Shown here: in pieces, positions 51,001-64,000 of the stretch
Layout: each line of letters starts with the position of its first letter
Numbering within the stretch: the first letter of the stretch is position 1
Source of the DNA: Azolla caroliniana
Lineage: Eukaryota; Plantae; Polypodiophyta
Reading direction: 5' to 3'
Length of the DNA: 64,000 nucleotides
Assembly: GCA_043228905.1 (NCBI GenBank)
Contig: JBHGNT010000002.1
Coordinates: 12,710,001-12,774,000 of the forward strand
Notes under the pieces: generated by a model
Told to the model about the DNA's origin: nothing
Database searches by the model: none
Seen by the model: only the letters and a program-made list of their open reading frames with translations
Program-made: the position numbers and the translations under genes

Positions 51001-54000
51001 CCCATTTGCAGCCTACCACATTTTTCTCTTTTGGTAACTTCACTAAATCCCACGTTTTGTTCTCAGCCAATGCATCAATCTCTTCTTGCATTGCATCCAT
51101 CCATTTCTTCTCAGATTTTGCTTCTTCAAAGCTGTTTGGGTCAGGGATCTGTACCACCTTAGACATATATGCATAGTGCATAGCCATATATGTATCATAC
51201 CCAAATCTTTCCACAGTCTTTTTCTCTCTATCTGATCTTCTCAGTTTCTGATTTGCATTCTTTATTTCCTTTTCCATACCAGGGATTTTCATTTCCTGTA
51301 TTCCAAGGAAATCATCCAAAGACATATCTGAATCTTCATCTTCCATGTTTTTTGATAGGTCATCCGGGATTTCATACTCTGGCATTTTCTGTTTTCCTTT
51401 TTTGTCATCAGATTTTTTCTGTCCAGTTTTTCCACTCCATGAATTTGAATCAGATTTACCATCTGAGCTTTTTGATGGTCCAGAACATTCTGTTGATGTT
51501 GGACTTTGCTGTCCAACCTTGTCTCCATCTCTGTGACAGTCTTCTACATTTTCTGATCTGTCTTTGTCTTCATTTTGACAGTCTTCATCAGTCTCTAGAT
51601 TCTGTTTTGGGCTGTACCAACTAGCCAACTCATCAAATATCACATCTCGACTTGTCACAATCTTTTTAGTCACAGGGTTATAACATCTGTACCCTTTTTG
51701 TTCTTCTGAATATCCAACAAAGATACATTTTTCTGCTTTTGGATCCAACTTACTTCTTAGTTCTGCAGGCACATGTACATATGCAAGGCATCCAAACACT
51801 TTCAAGTGTTGTAAGCTAGGCTTCCTGCCATAAAAACACTCTTCAGGAGTTGCCTCATGTACTCCTGATGTAATACATCTATTTAAAATGTAATTTGCTG
51901 TATTTACAGCTTCTGCCCAATAGTATAATGGCATGTTCTTCTCAGTCATCATTGCCCTTGCTATGTTCACCAAAGTTCTGTTTTTCCTCTCAGCAACTCC
52001 ATTTTGCTGTGGAGTATATCGGCATGTGAACTGTCTTCTTATTCCCTGATTACACAAAAAATCAGAAAATTCATTGGAGAAATACTCTCCTCCTCCATCA
52101 GATCTCAAACATTTTATCCTTGTACCAGCGTGCTTTTCTACCATGCATTTAAACTTACGAAAACAGTCAAATACTTCACTTTTCTCCTTCATGAAGTACA
52201 CCCATGTCTTCCGTGAACAATCATCAATAAATGTAACATAAAATCTGCATCCACCAATAGATGCATTCTTTGTTGGTCCCCATACATCTGTATGTACCAA
52301 ATCCAACAGATTTTTGCTTACATGTCTCTCATGAGGGAATGGCAACCTGTTTTGCTTACCATATTGACATGCTTCACATACTTTTCCCATTTCACACTTT
52401 TTCAAGTTTGGCAGTCCAGCCACTGCATCTTTTCTCAACATATTCTTTAATGTTTGCATACTTATATGGCCAATCCTTTTATGCCACATTTCCACATCTG
52501 AGATTACACTCGTTCCATTTGCAAACATGGCTGAAATCTGTTTGGGCATTTCTACATCCAAGATAAACATTCTTCCTTGTCTCTTCCCTTTTGCAATGAG
52601 CTTCCCATTCTTTTCTATATAGCATCCACTTTGCTTAAACTTCACTTGCATACCTTGCTCTACAATCTGTCCAACAGAAATCAGATTCTTAGCAAGGTTT
52701 GGAACATGCATCACATTCAACATATACTTGGTTTTTCCTCTTTCTTCCCACAATGGGATATCTCCAACATGTTTTATTTGGTGAGTTGTGTCATCACCTG
52801 TTTGTACATAACCAGGAACCTCTGGTTCTCTTAAACTCTCAAACCAATTTGCATGTCCAGTCATATGGTTAGATGCCCCCGAGTCTACATACCACGTAAA
52901 CTCTTCATTACATTTCTGTGAGCTTTCAGCCACTGCTGCTATCTCATGTTGCACTACAAAACCACCTTCCTTTTCACAATCTTCACTAGTAGAGGCATAG
53001 TTACTCTGTTGTCCTTTTCCTCTTTTCTCATCATTTTGTTTCTTGTAACATTCAGCCTGTGTATGGCCTGGTTTACCACAATACCAACAGCCATCATCAT
53101 TTACATAAGTTTGCTTACCTCTACCTCGGTTGCTCCCCCTGCCTCTGTTGTTGTTTCCTCCTCTATGAGCTTGTTGTCCTCTTCCTTGAAAGCCATTATT
53201 ATTGGTTCTTCCTGAGCCAAATCTTCCATGGCCTCTTCCTCGGCCTCTTCCGGCATTATTATAGAGGGCTTGCCCCTCGTTCTCTGAGTTTCCTTTATTT
53301 GCATCATCCATCTGATTCCTTTCCTCTACCACAAGCATTGAGATCAGATCTGAAAAACTTGGGGTACTATCCCTTGTGAGCATAGAAGTTTTAAAACTCT
53401 TGTATTGAGGTCCTAAGCCTCTTAAGCATATTTCCACTTTGTCATCATCTTCTATCTTCACATTGATAGAAGCAAGTGACTCACATATACTCTTGATTTT
53501 TAGGGCATATTCATTTATTGACATCTTACCTTTCTCCAAGGTATTTAGCTCAGTCTTTAACTGGAGCTTTCTTGCTTTTGTGTTTACTGCAAACAGTTTT
53601 ACCAAACTGTCCCAAGCTTCTTTTGGGAGCATAGCATCCTGTATGTGCCCAAGCATTGAATCTGAGATGCTGAGTGATAGCCAATGCATTACTTTCCTTG
53701 CCCCTTGATTCCAATCTTTAAATGCCTTAATATGTGCAGCTGTTGCATTCTCTTCTGGGATCTCTGGAGCCTCTTCTAGGTCTCCTTCAATGTAATCCCA
53801 GTATCCTTTCCCCATCAGAAAGTTTGTCATTCTGAATTTCCACGCCGGGAAATTGTTTTTATCTAATTTCTCTGTGACCATTTGGCCTACATTCTCTGCA
53901 GCCATTTTTTTCCTTCCAAAAAACCAGGGTTTTGCTTTAGTTACTTCAACAAGTAACTTTCTGATTTCTGATAAGCAACCAGAGAAATAACTTTCTCAGA

Positions 54001-57000
54001 TTAAGGCACTGCTATACTCTTCCTTACGAGCTACTCTGCTCTGATACCATGTTAAGAAAACGTGAAGAAGGCACTCGGGCTCTTCTTATGTGCGCGGCGG
54101 ATCGTAGTGTGCTGGATCGTTAGCGTGCTCTAAACAGACAGAGAAAGGAAAGGGGACTTACCTCTGTAGTAGCAAAATGGTTTTCTTCTATTACATGTAG
54201 AGCTCAACTTGCTCTCGTCAGTCTTCTGGTCTCTCACTCTCTCTCAGAGTTCTCTACTCACTATTCTCTGTTTTTTCTTACTGCTTACTTCCTATTCACT
54301 CTCACTTACTTTTACCTAAGTCATAAGTTATTACACATGCAGCTAATTAGCTGCCAGTAGCTAATTAGCTGTCAGTCGCTAAATAGCTGTTCACTAGCTA
54401 ATTAGCTGTCACTAGCTAAATAGCTGTTTTACCTTTTTGTTCACTAGTAGCTAAATAGCTACTATAGCTTATTTCTCATAAGCATCACATACCATGTTGA
54501 GCTTGCTTCTCAACAGACCGGCTGGTATCTGCATCAGCCGACATATCCGAATCGGTAAAGCCGTCGAGTTCGGGCTTACCGGAGCCGAATCGGAGGCACG
54601 CGTTTGCCGTGCCCTTCAGGTATCGGAGTATCCACTTGGCCGCGTTCCAGTGCTCTTTGCCGGGATTGCTCATGTACCGGCTCACCACTCCGACTGCATA
54701 TCCTATGTCCGGTCTTGTACACACCATTGCGTACATCAAGCTTCCGACGGCAGAGGCATATGGTACTTTCATCATGTCCTCCTTCTCAGCCTTTGTCTTG
54801 GGGCTTTGCTTGCTGGACAACTTGCAGTTTGCCGGGAGGGTTGACCCGACCGGTCTTGCTTCTGACATGTTGAACCGGTGAAGCACCTTTGTCACGTACT
54901 TCTCCTGTGACAGCCACAACTGCTTCTTCTTCCGGTCCCGGATGATGTGCATCCCTAGTATTTGCCTCGCCGGACCCAGGTCCTTCATTGAGAAGGTTCG
55001 GTGAAGCGCTTTCTTCAGCATCCGTATCTTGACCTGGTCCCGTCCGACGATCAACATGTCGTCCACGTACAGGAGGAGTATTAGAATGTCTCCTCCTTCG
55101 AACTTCTTCACAAACACGCAATGATCGGACTGCGTTTTGTGGTACCCTTCGTCGGTCATGAAAGAGTCGAACTTCCGGTACCATTGCCGGGGAGCCTGCT
55201 TCAGTCCGTAAAGGCTCTTCTTCAACCGGCATACCAGGTGCTCCTTCCCTTTCTTCTCGAATCCTTCCGGTTGCTGCATGTAGATCTCTTCTTCGAGGTC
55301 ACCGTGAAGGAATGCCGTCTTCACGTCCATCTGTTCTACCTCGAGGTTCATGCTTGCCGCTATGCTCAGCACCGTCCGGATGGAGGTCATCTTCACTACC
55401 GGGGCAAATATCTCGTCGAAGTCGACGCCCTTCTTCTGCTGGAACCCCTTCACCACGATCCTGGCTTTGTATCTCGGGGGGTTTCCGGCATCTCCCGGTT
55501 TCAGCTTGAACACCCACTTGTTTCGAAGTGCCCGCTTTCCTTTCGGCAACTCCACAAGTTCATATGTGTGGTTCTCATGCAGGGAATCCATCTCCTCCTG
55601 CATGGCACTTAACCACCTGCGGCTATGGGTGTCAAGCTTTGCTTCTTCAAAACTCTCCGGCTCCCCCTTGTCGGTTAGCAGCACGTGCTCTGGTTCCGGA
55701 AATCTCCGGGGGGCCCTTCTCTCTCTTAGAGGATATCTCCGTTCCGGAGCTTCGGTAACCGGCTCCTCCGTTTCCTCTTCATCCGAATCCATTTCGGGAT
55801 CGGGGCCGGTTCCGGTATCAGTTTCATCTTCCTCGGCCGGTTCTGTTTCTTCACCGTCTTCGGCCGGATCCTCGAGTGCTAACCGGTCCCTTGCCGGTCG
55901 GGACTGCTCCTCGTAGAGTTGATCCTCACCGGTCGACTTGGGGCTCTTCATCTTCTTCTCCGACTCCCAGTCGGCGAGTGTCTTGTCCTCCATGAAGATG
56001 ATATCACGACTCCGGAATATCTTTTTGTCGACCGGGTCCCATACTCGGTAGCCGAACTCGTCATCGCCGTAACCGAGGAATATGCATGGCCGGGTCTTTG
56101 GATCTAGCTTTCCTCTCCGGTCCTTTGCCACATGCACATATGCGAGACACCCGAACACCTTCAGATGCCGGTAGGATACTTCCCTACCGGTCCACACTCT
56201 CTGCGGCGTGTCTCCGTCCAAAGGTACTGAGGGTGATCTGTTTATCACGTATGTCGCCGTCGACATTGCCTCAGCCCAAAACCCCTTGGGTAATTTCGCA
56301 TGCGCCAGCATACTCCGGACCCTCTCCATTATGGTCCGGTTCATCCTCTCGGCCAGCCTGTTCAGTTCCGGCGTCTTCGGCACAGTAAACTCGAGCCGGA
56401 TTCCCTTCGAGTGACAGTACTTCTCGAACTGCCCCCGGTATTCCCCTCCGTTATCCGCTCGTATCGCTTTCAGCTTCTTGCCGGATTCCCTTTCCACTCT
56501 CGCGTGGAGTTCTTTGAAGACGCACAACACTTGGTCCTTTTTCTTCAACGGTGCCGTCCACAGCTTCCGGTTGTGGTCATCAATGAATGTCACGAAGTAC
56601 TGGGCTCCGCCATGTGACTTCGTTTCTACTTGACACACGTCAGTGTGCACCAACTCCAATGGTGCGCTACGTCTGGTCGGTGGCCTTGAGTGGAAGGAGG
56701 TTCGGTTCTGCTTACCGGCCAGGCAATCGGTGCACATGCTTCACTGGAATAAGGTTGTCTTCTGCAAGCCTCTTCATCCCCTTCTCACTCATGTGGCAGA
56801 GTCTCTTGTGCCACAGCTCACCGGCAGTGTCGGCTGCCACGTTCAACTCCTCCGGACACAACCAGGCATTCATAAGGTACAACGTGTTGACTTTCCGGGC
56901 CCGAGCCACTATCAGGCTCCCCTTGCTGAACTTCATTACGCAGTTCCGGATGCTACCTGTGTAGCCTTCATCGTCTAGCCTCCCGGTCGAAATCAGGTTC

Positions 57001-58835
57001 AATCGAACCTCCGGAACGTGTCGGACATCCTTCAGCAACATTTTGCATCCGGTCGAGGTTGTCAACCACACGTCTCCTATGCCGGCAATCCGGCACGTAC
57101 CTTCATTTCCCATCCGAACACAGCCATGCTCACCGGCTGTGTAGGATGAGAAGTATCTTCTTTCCGGGGTCAGGTGGAACGACGCTCCGGAATCGACCAC
57201 CCAGGTAGTCTCATCGCCGGCAATGTTTAGTTCACCTTCTTCGGTGATGAGCATGATCTCCTCTTCACTTGCCGCGAGTGCCGTCATTCCTTTCCGGTCC
57301 TGCCCTCGCCGATCCGAACCATTCCGGTCCGTGGCTCCCCGGTAAGCACCGTTCCGTTCCGAAGACTTCTTCGAATCGGTGTCGTCGGCTCCGTTGTCTT
57401 TTCGGTAATGCCGACAATTCTTCCGGAAGTGCCCCGGCTTCCCACAGTGGAAGCATGTGGGCCTTCCTCTTGACTGCGACCGGGTCCCCGACTTCGCCCG
57501 TCTTTGCGGACTTCGGTTCCGTTGTCTTCCCCGATCCGATTCGGTAAGCAGCATCTTCGGATCGGAGGCTGGTTCTTTATCTCTCCGATGCGCTTCTTCG
57601 TTCAAAATGCTTGTCTTTACCGTTTGTAGGGACAAGTTATCTTCGGTGCAGGAGGTGCTGAGAGTCACCACCAAGTTCTCCCAGCTTTCCGGCAATGTAC
57701 ACATCAGCATGATGGCTTGCATTGCATCCTCCAACGGGAACTTGATCGCCGCAAGCTGGTTCACGAATCCCATGAACGTGCTTACATGTTCCACCATACT
57801 CTCGCCGTCCCGGTACTTGAGGTTCACTATCTTCCTCATCAGGGAGGTCCGGTTCAACGCATTCTTCCTCTCGTAGAGGCCCGACAGCTTCTGCCACATC
57901 TCATATGCGTTGGTGTCGTTCGCCACATGTTGTAGAACGCTCACGTCGACGTATTGCCGAATGGTTGCAACGGCTTTCCGGTTCAGAAGCCTCCATTCCG
58001 TCTCAAGTACCCCCTTGGGTATTTCCGACCTGTCGATCGGTTCATACAGGTCCCGAACAATGAGCAGATCCTCCATCTTTATCTTCCAGTCGGCGTAGTT
58101 CTGCGCATTCAGCACCATCATCCCCGGCTGCCCGCTGCTGCCGCCTTCCATTTTTCTGCACTGCAGTCGCTCTGATACCAGATTGTTAGGGATTGACGCT
58201 TTCGAAAACCTTCACCTCCCGGCCACAACCGAGGAAAACACGAATCAATGCAGCAATAAATCGAAAACACAGAGAGAGACTCGAATGCACAGGGTTTAGC
58301 GTGGAAAACCCTAGACGGGAAAAACCACGGGAGTGCAAGACTCCAACTATCACTATACGCAGGGAATGTACAATGGCGAGCTGCAAGGCGACGACCTTGA
58401 GCTCGCTGTCCTCGCCACATGCGGCGGTGTTACACAGAGGCGTCGACCTCTTCCTTTCTCTCTCTCTCACTCTCTCTCTCGGCTGCTCTCACTTCGCTCC
58501 CTCTAAGTGAAAAACAGAAAAAATGAGCAACAACTACAAAACTGTTTGCCCTAAGTCATATTTATACACATATGACTTTTAGGCTATTTACAAATATTGC
58601 CTCGAGGGCCCTTGGCAAACATATTCACAAATATGTCCCCGCATCCGGATCTCTCTCCGGGTACATTCGTCATCCGGGTCTTCATCATCCGGCTCCGTAG
58701 CCGGGGTCTTCATCATCCGGATCCGAAACCGGGTCTTCATCATCCGGTTCCGATACCGGGTACTCCTCATTCGGGTCTTCATTCCCGATTCCCGGACATC
58801 TGACCATCCCATCCGGAGGGACCGTAATCCCAACA
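48006..58835 (-). mobile_element. Ty1/copia X, full length (LTRs 58184-58835 and 48006-48641, TSD AATCC)
   Basis: PBS TGGTATCAGAGC at 58169-58180; PPT at 48644-48653; gag-pol 58151-54516 resumes at 49080-48652. The LTRs differ by ~5 substitutions and 2 indels. Frameshift near 56730. Confidence 0.97.
49081..54515 (-). mobile_element. Ty1/copia Y, full length, nested in X (LTRs 54050-54515 and 49081-49546, TSD GACCG)
   Basis: 466-bp LTRs identical by eye; Met PBS at 54038-54049; ORFs 50771-53905 and 49587-50834 are split by a small RT deletion. Confidence 0.97.
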
Positions 58836-61800
58836 AATCCAAAAATCATTCCTTTGTTCGAAGTGGATATTTTACAAGCCCTGATACCATATGTGGATTC
58901 CTAGGAGGAATTGTCAATTGATGAGCAAACAATGAAGGAAATACGACTCCAGCAAGAAGCTACCGACAGAGAGATGAAGGTGTCCCAACGAGTTCAAGCT
59001 TCAACATTGGAGGAAATAAATTTGGCAGAAGAAGGTAAGGACAATGAGTTGAAAACAATATTCATTGCTAAAGATATGATAGAAGCTGACAAACAACGGT
59101 TAACGACATTATTAAAGCAATATAAGGATGTCTTTCCATGGTCTTTTGAAAATATGAAGGGACTTGACCCAGCTTTCTGTCAACATCAAATCAACCTGCA
59201 TAAGGATGCAAAGCCAGTTCAACAACGTAGGTACCGATTAAACCCTAATTATGCTATTAAAGTAAAGGAAGAAATAGATAAACTTTTGAAAGTAGGGTTT
59301 ATTCGTCCGGTGAAAAAATCGACATGGTTAAGCCCAATCGTCATAGTTCCAAAAAAGAATGGCAAGATTCGGGTATGTGTCGACTACCGAAAACTGAATG
59401 CGGCTACCGTTACGAATGCGTTCCCATTACCATTTACGAATGGTATATTGGATGCGGTAGCTGGCCATGAAGTCTATGTTTCCTAGATGGTTTTAGTGGT
59501 TATAATTAGGTTCGGATGAATACGGAAGATCAAGAAAAAATAGCTTTTGTTACAGAATGGGGAGTGTTTGTAGGTAGTAATGATGTTTGGCTTGAAGACC
59601 GCCCCAACGACATTCCAAAGAGTGATACAGGAAATATTTCAGGATTACATTCTTGCATTTATGCAAGTCTTTTTGGATGATTTTGCGGTTTATAATCGGA
59701 AAAACGAACATTTTGAGCATTTACGACTATGTTTGGAGAAATGTTGGATAGGTCGGCTTAGTTTAAATCCGGCAAAATGTGCATTCGGGGTCACTAGTGG
59801 CACATTATTAGGCCATATTGTCTGTCAAGAAGGAATTGTAGTGGACCCCGACAATGTTAAAGCCATACTAGAAGCACCGGCACCCACAAATGCTAAAGCT
59901 CTCAATTGGTTTTTAGGTCAGATTAGATGGCACAATAGAATGATAAGATATGTTGCGGATATCGCGATTCCCTTACATACAATAGTGCACAAAGTTCCTT
60001 TTCAGTGGACAAGTGTGGAATAGGATGCATATATCTGTCTCAAGAAAATGTTGTCCAAAGTTCCCATGGTTCAAGCACCTGACTGGAATAAGCCGTTCCA
60101 AGTTTTTGTCGACGCATCGGACATCGCAATCGAAAGTGCATTAATGCAGTTGACTGAACCGAATTGGTACAGGTACGTGTACTATGCTTGTCGGAAACTC
60201 GCAATGGCGGAAAGAAACTATTCTACAACTGAGAGGGAAGCTTTAGGAATGATCTACAGTGTCAATAAATTTCGACACTATCTTTTGGGGAAAAAGTTTA
60301 CATTTCATGTTGATCATTCGGCTCTTCTTTATTTGGTCTCGAAACAAGAGTTAACTTGTAAGTTAGCAAGATGGACTCTTCTATTCCAAGAATTCGAATT
60401 CGACATTTTACATCGGCCAGGAGTACATCATGCAATGGCCGATTATCTCAGTTGACTGGAGTCAGGAGAAGAAGGCATAGGTGTCATGGATGATTTTCCG
60501 GATGGCCAACTTTTTCGAGTAGAAGCAGTAAATGCACAGGATATAAGTGAAGAAAGTGAGGATGATTCGATCTCAGAAATGAGAATCTTTCTTACAACAG
60601 GGATACCACCCAAACATCTCTCGGTAGAGGAAAGAAAAAGGTTGGTGGTACAGAGTCGTAATTTTTGTCTTTTGAACGACACTCTATAGCATAAAGGAAC
60701 AGATGGTATTTGGAGAAGGGCAGTACGACAATTCGAAAAATCAATCATTCTTAGGGAATTGCACTGTGGAATTGCAGGAGGGCACTATGCTGGACAAACC
60801 ACAACTAGAAAAATATGGAACAGTGGCTTATGGTGGCCGACAGTGATGAAGGATGCAATCGAATATTGTTGGAAATGTGATTTATGCCAACGTATGGGAC
60901 AACCGACAGAAAAAGACTGGATGTCGTTTCAACCTGTGTTACCTCTTGAACCTTTCCAGAAATGGGGTTTGGATTTTGTAGGCCCATTCAAATTGGCAAC
61001 AGTAAGAACAGGAAATTGATATATTATAGTTGTCACTGACTACTGCACGAAGTGGGTAGAAGCTAAAGCTCTTAGGGATAATACGACAGCTTCAATAGAA
61101 ATTTTTTTGTACGAAAGTATATGGTGTAGATTCGGTTGCCCAATAGAATTAGTAAGCGATAAAGGTACACATTTCATTAACAAGCTTGTTCATGAATTGG
61201 CTACATACTATGCAGTGGTTCATAAGAAAAGCACGCCTTACTATCCACAAGCGAATGGCTTGGCGGAGTCGACAAACAAAACCCTCCAGATGATACTCAA
61301 AAAGATAGTAAATGACAATCGTACGGACTGGGATCAAAAGTTACATAGTACTTTATGGGCATATCACACGTCGTACAAAACATTTATTAAATCAACACCT
61401 TTCCGAATGGCTTTCAGAGTGGAGGCAGTTATGCCAATCAAATTCCAGATTCCAACACTCCGAATAGAAGCAACCGAAAAATTAAATGAACTATAGTCGG
61501 AGCAAGTTCGGAAGGAATCATTATTGCTGTTAGAAGAAGACTGAATACAAGCTATGTCAGCTTTGGAGCACAAGTAGAGGCAAATGAAGGCATTTGTAAA
61601 TCGACACCGATGAAAAACCGAAACTCAATTCGGGATCGGGAAACCGGTGCTTGTTTTTCAGACAAGGATGGGGGCTATGCCAGGTAAACTTCGGTATAGA
61701 TGGACAGGACCAGTTTGGATCGTGAATAGTAAAAATTGTATGTATCAACTGGGAACCCTATCAGGTGAGATTTTGCCGAAATGGGTCAATAGTTTCCGGC

Positions 61801-62196
61801 TTAAGCCATATCATGGAGACATGTCGGAAAATCCATTTAACGCTGAATTGGAAGAAACGTAAATAAAAAAACAAAAAAAAAACTAACTATACAAAATTTT
61901 CTTGCCAAATCATAACTAACTATCAAGAAGAGAATCTTGGAATGATTTATGAAGGCTATAAGTAAGAAGTAGGGGAGGCATGTTTCTTTAGTCATTATTG
62001 CTATTTCTAGCTATTACTCCACTAGTACACCTAGTCATTACCTACATTAATAGTACTTTTATTCCCTAGGCATCATGCAAAAAATTAATTCCTTAAAACC
62101 TATTTCTATAATGTCTGTTTCACCACAGAAACAGAAACGCATTCAAGCTCATAGGTTTTCTGATCTTCATACGATCTGTCAATTGACGACGACAAT

Positions 62197-64000
62197 ATGC
62201 TGGTTACCGTATCTGATAACTTGCGCCGTTGGCTCGTTCGCAATAATTTACAAGGATTCTTGAAAATCGTAGAAGTAGAGCCGCACCCGCACGCTGAAGC
62301 TCTGATGGTAGAAGATGGGTTGCAGTCCTATTTTGGTGAGTATTCGCCCTCCGCCAAAGTGTATCAGACACAAGGAGGTAGGGATGTCTTTTTTCATGAA
62401 GTTGCAATTTTTTTATTGGAAGTAGGGTTTGTTAGTCCGAGATTCTACTGTATGCCCAAAAAGAGGGCCGGATTTATCATTGCCACTTATGAAGGCGAAG
62501 CTTTCAATTGGGGGCAACTATCAGCAGATGCTCTGAGAGAGCAATTGTACGGAGTTCAGAAGGGAAAACCAATGAAACCGAACTTTGCGCGTTGGTTATC
62601 GGTATTATTTCCGGCTCTAGAGTCGGAAAACCGATAAGAGGTGCATAGGCCGCCTCAGGTACAGTCATCCCGAACCCGACGACAAGTCCAACGGGAAGAG
62701 TGGAGGAAAGAAGAATCGGCGCAAGACGATACCACTCAAACCGAATTCAACCAATCAGACCCAAGGCAACAACAAGAATCGGAACAACAACAGTCGACGC
62801 AGTCTCAATAGTTCACACCGCAACCCGAACCTGACCAGCAACCGGCTACTCAATAGCCGGAGTTTCAACCACCAAGGACATACCAACAAGAGATGACAGA
62901 TGAGCAAACCTCACAACAGCAAGAATCGACACAAGTTGATAGAGAACAGCAACCGCCGAAGCAACGCAGGGTTAAACAACGGTCCCAACGATATTCTCGA
63001 CCAGAGCAAGAACAATCGGCGTAGAAGAAACAAAGAACCAACGATCAAGCTGCCCAAAGCACACAAGTACCTCGTGTTAAACCCTATGACATGTCAAGAA
63101 TTCAAAAAGGGAAGGTATCAATGGCAACGGTGCAAGAGGCACTTGGTTTTTCTGACATCCCGACAACAGCACATGAGCTAGCTGCCATTCTGCAATTCGG
63201 AACATCATATGAACTGGTAGAATGGTTAGTTACAAGAATCCAAGAAGTGTCGGAAAGAATGGCGCAAGAGCATCGAGATCAAATAATGATCCAAAAGTCA
63301 CTATGTGGAGTTGTCGAACCCAATGAGCAAGCAGAAGTGGATAGAATTGGTCGACAACGAAATGCTAAAACTAGAGGTGAAGCCATCCAGATATCACCAT
63401 TACATGAGGCAGTGGTCGAAGTCCACAAGGAATATGAAAAGGCTAGCAGAGCAGCCAAGGATATGGCTGAATTATACAAAAGGGCAACAACACCAGCAGA
63501 TGTGCTTAATGCATAGTATAAACGGACGCAGGAAGAAAATCAGCAGTTGAAGGATAAACTGCAAGAAGCACAAGTGGCTCTAGAAAAAACGAGAGAGTAG
63601 ATATTACAACTAGAGTCACAAAGACAACCTTTGGAGACGGATTCAAAATTACAAAAGAAGTTGGAACATGCTGAAAAAGCATGAACAGAAGCGGAAATTA
63701 GGGAAGAAAAGGCCCAAGACAGGTCTAGAGAAATGGAAGATCGATTACAGTTGGCAAAAAATGCAGGCGACAAATGCTTAGAGGAAAAAGATAATGTGAT
63801 ACAAGATTTACACCGACAATTAGCCCAACAACAAGAGGCTACAAAGCAACAAGTCGAAGAATTAGAAGAGTATGTCAGTAGCCAAGAGATTCGGTTTACA
63901 ACACTGTTGGCTGGAAGAGGCAAATTGCTAGAAGAAATCAACGGAAAAATGATTCAGCAGCAGAACGACTGGAATGCGGAGAAAGAGAAGTTGGAAAACC
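62197..64000 (+). pseudogene. Gypsy accessory ORF downstream of integrase (globular N-domain, Q/E-rich linker, coiled coil)
   Basis: One reading path with several stops; homologous fragments at 8660-9932, 12144-12780 and 19263-19610. Confidence 0.7.

Larger units (their letters stand above)
46112..64000 (+). mobile_element. Ty3/gypsy element C (gag 46112-48005, pol 58836-61862, accessory ORF), interrupted by the copia nest; no LTR seen
   Basis: CYICRQTSHYANQC, IRVCVDYRKLN, FLDDF, VDASDIAI, WGLDFVGP, VSDKGTHF and WTGPVWI. Many stops; the protease core appears deleted near 47865. Confidence 0.9.

Noticed and set aside
62197-64000. Envelope gene
   Set aside because: No signal peptide or transmembrane helix is visible in the available part; it is mainly coiled coil.

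Overview
Eukaryotic, retrotransposon-dense land-plant DNA. A non-seed plant such as a fern is my inference from the LINE and Ty3/gypsy types and the TE-filled intron. It has one 100-N gap (35450-35549). There is one apparently intact host gene, a sorting nexin 2 (PX+BAR) on the minus strand (11018-23524), whose ~9.8-kb third coding intron is a patchwork of TE fragments. Most of the rest is LINEs of two related non-L1 families, Ty1/copia and Ty3/gypsy elements, including a copia-in-copia-in-gypsy nest with TSDs. Top observation: at 40731-44972 an array of 29-bp palindromes at a 51-bp period lies just upstream of an intron-containing, decayed gene. That gene fuses a ParB/Srx-like domain to a beta-class N4C/N6A DNA amino-methyltransferase, giving a candidate mobile ParB-MTase plus parS-like-array module in a plant. 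Other notable items: a 50-nt reverse-transcribed tRNA-Arg primer, with an A58>T change, frozen next to a 3' LTR; a conserved slippery site plus pseudoknot after the protease in two gypsy copies; telomere repeats inside a 240-bp duplication; and a shared LINE 3' hairpin. All alignments were done by eye and no database searches were run.
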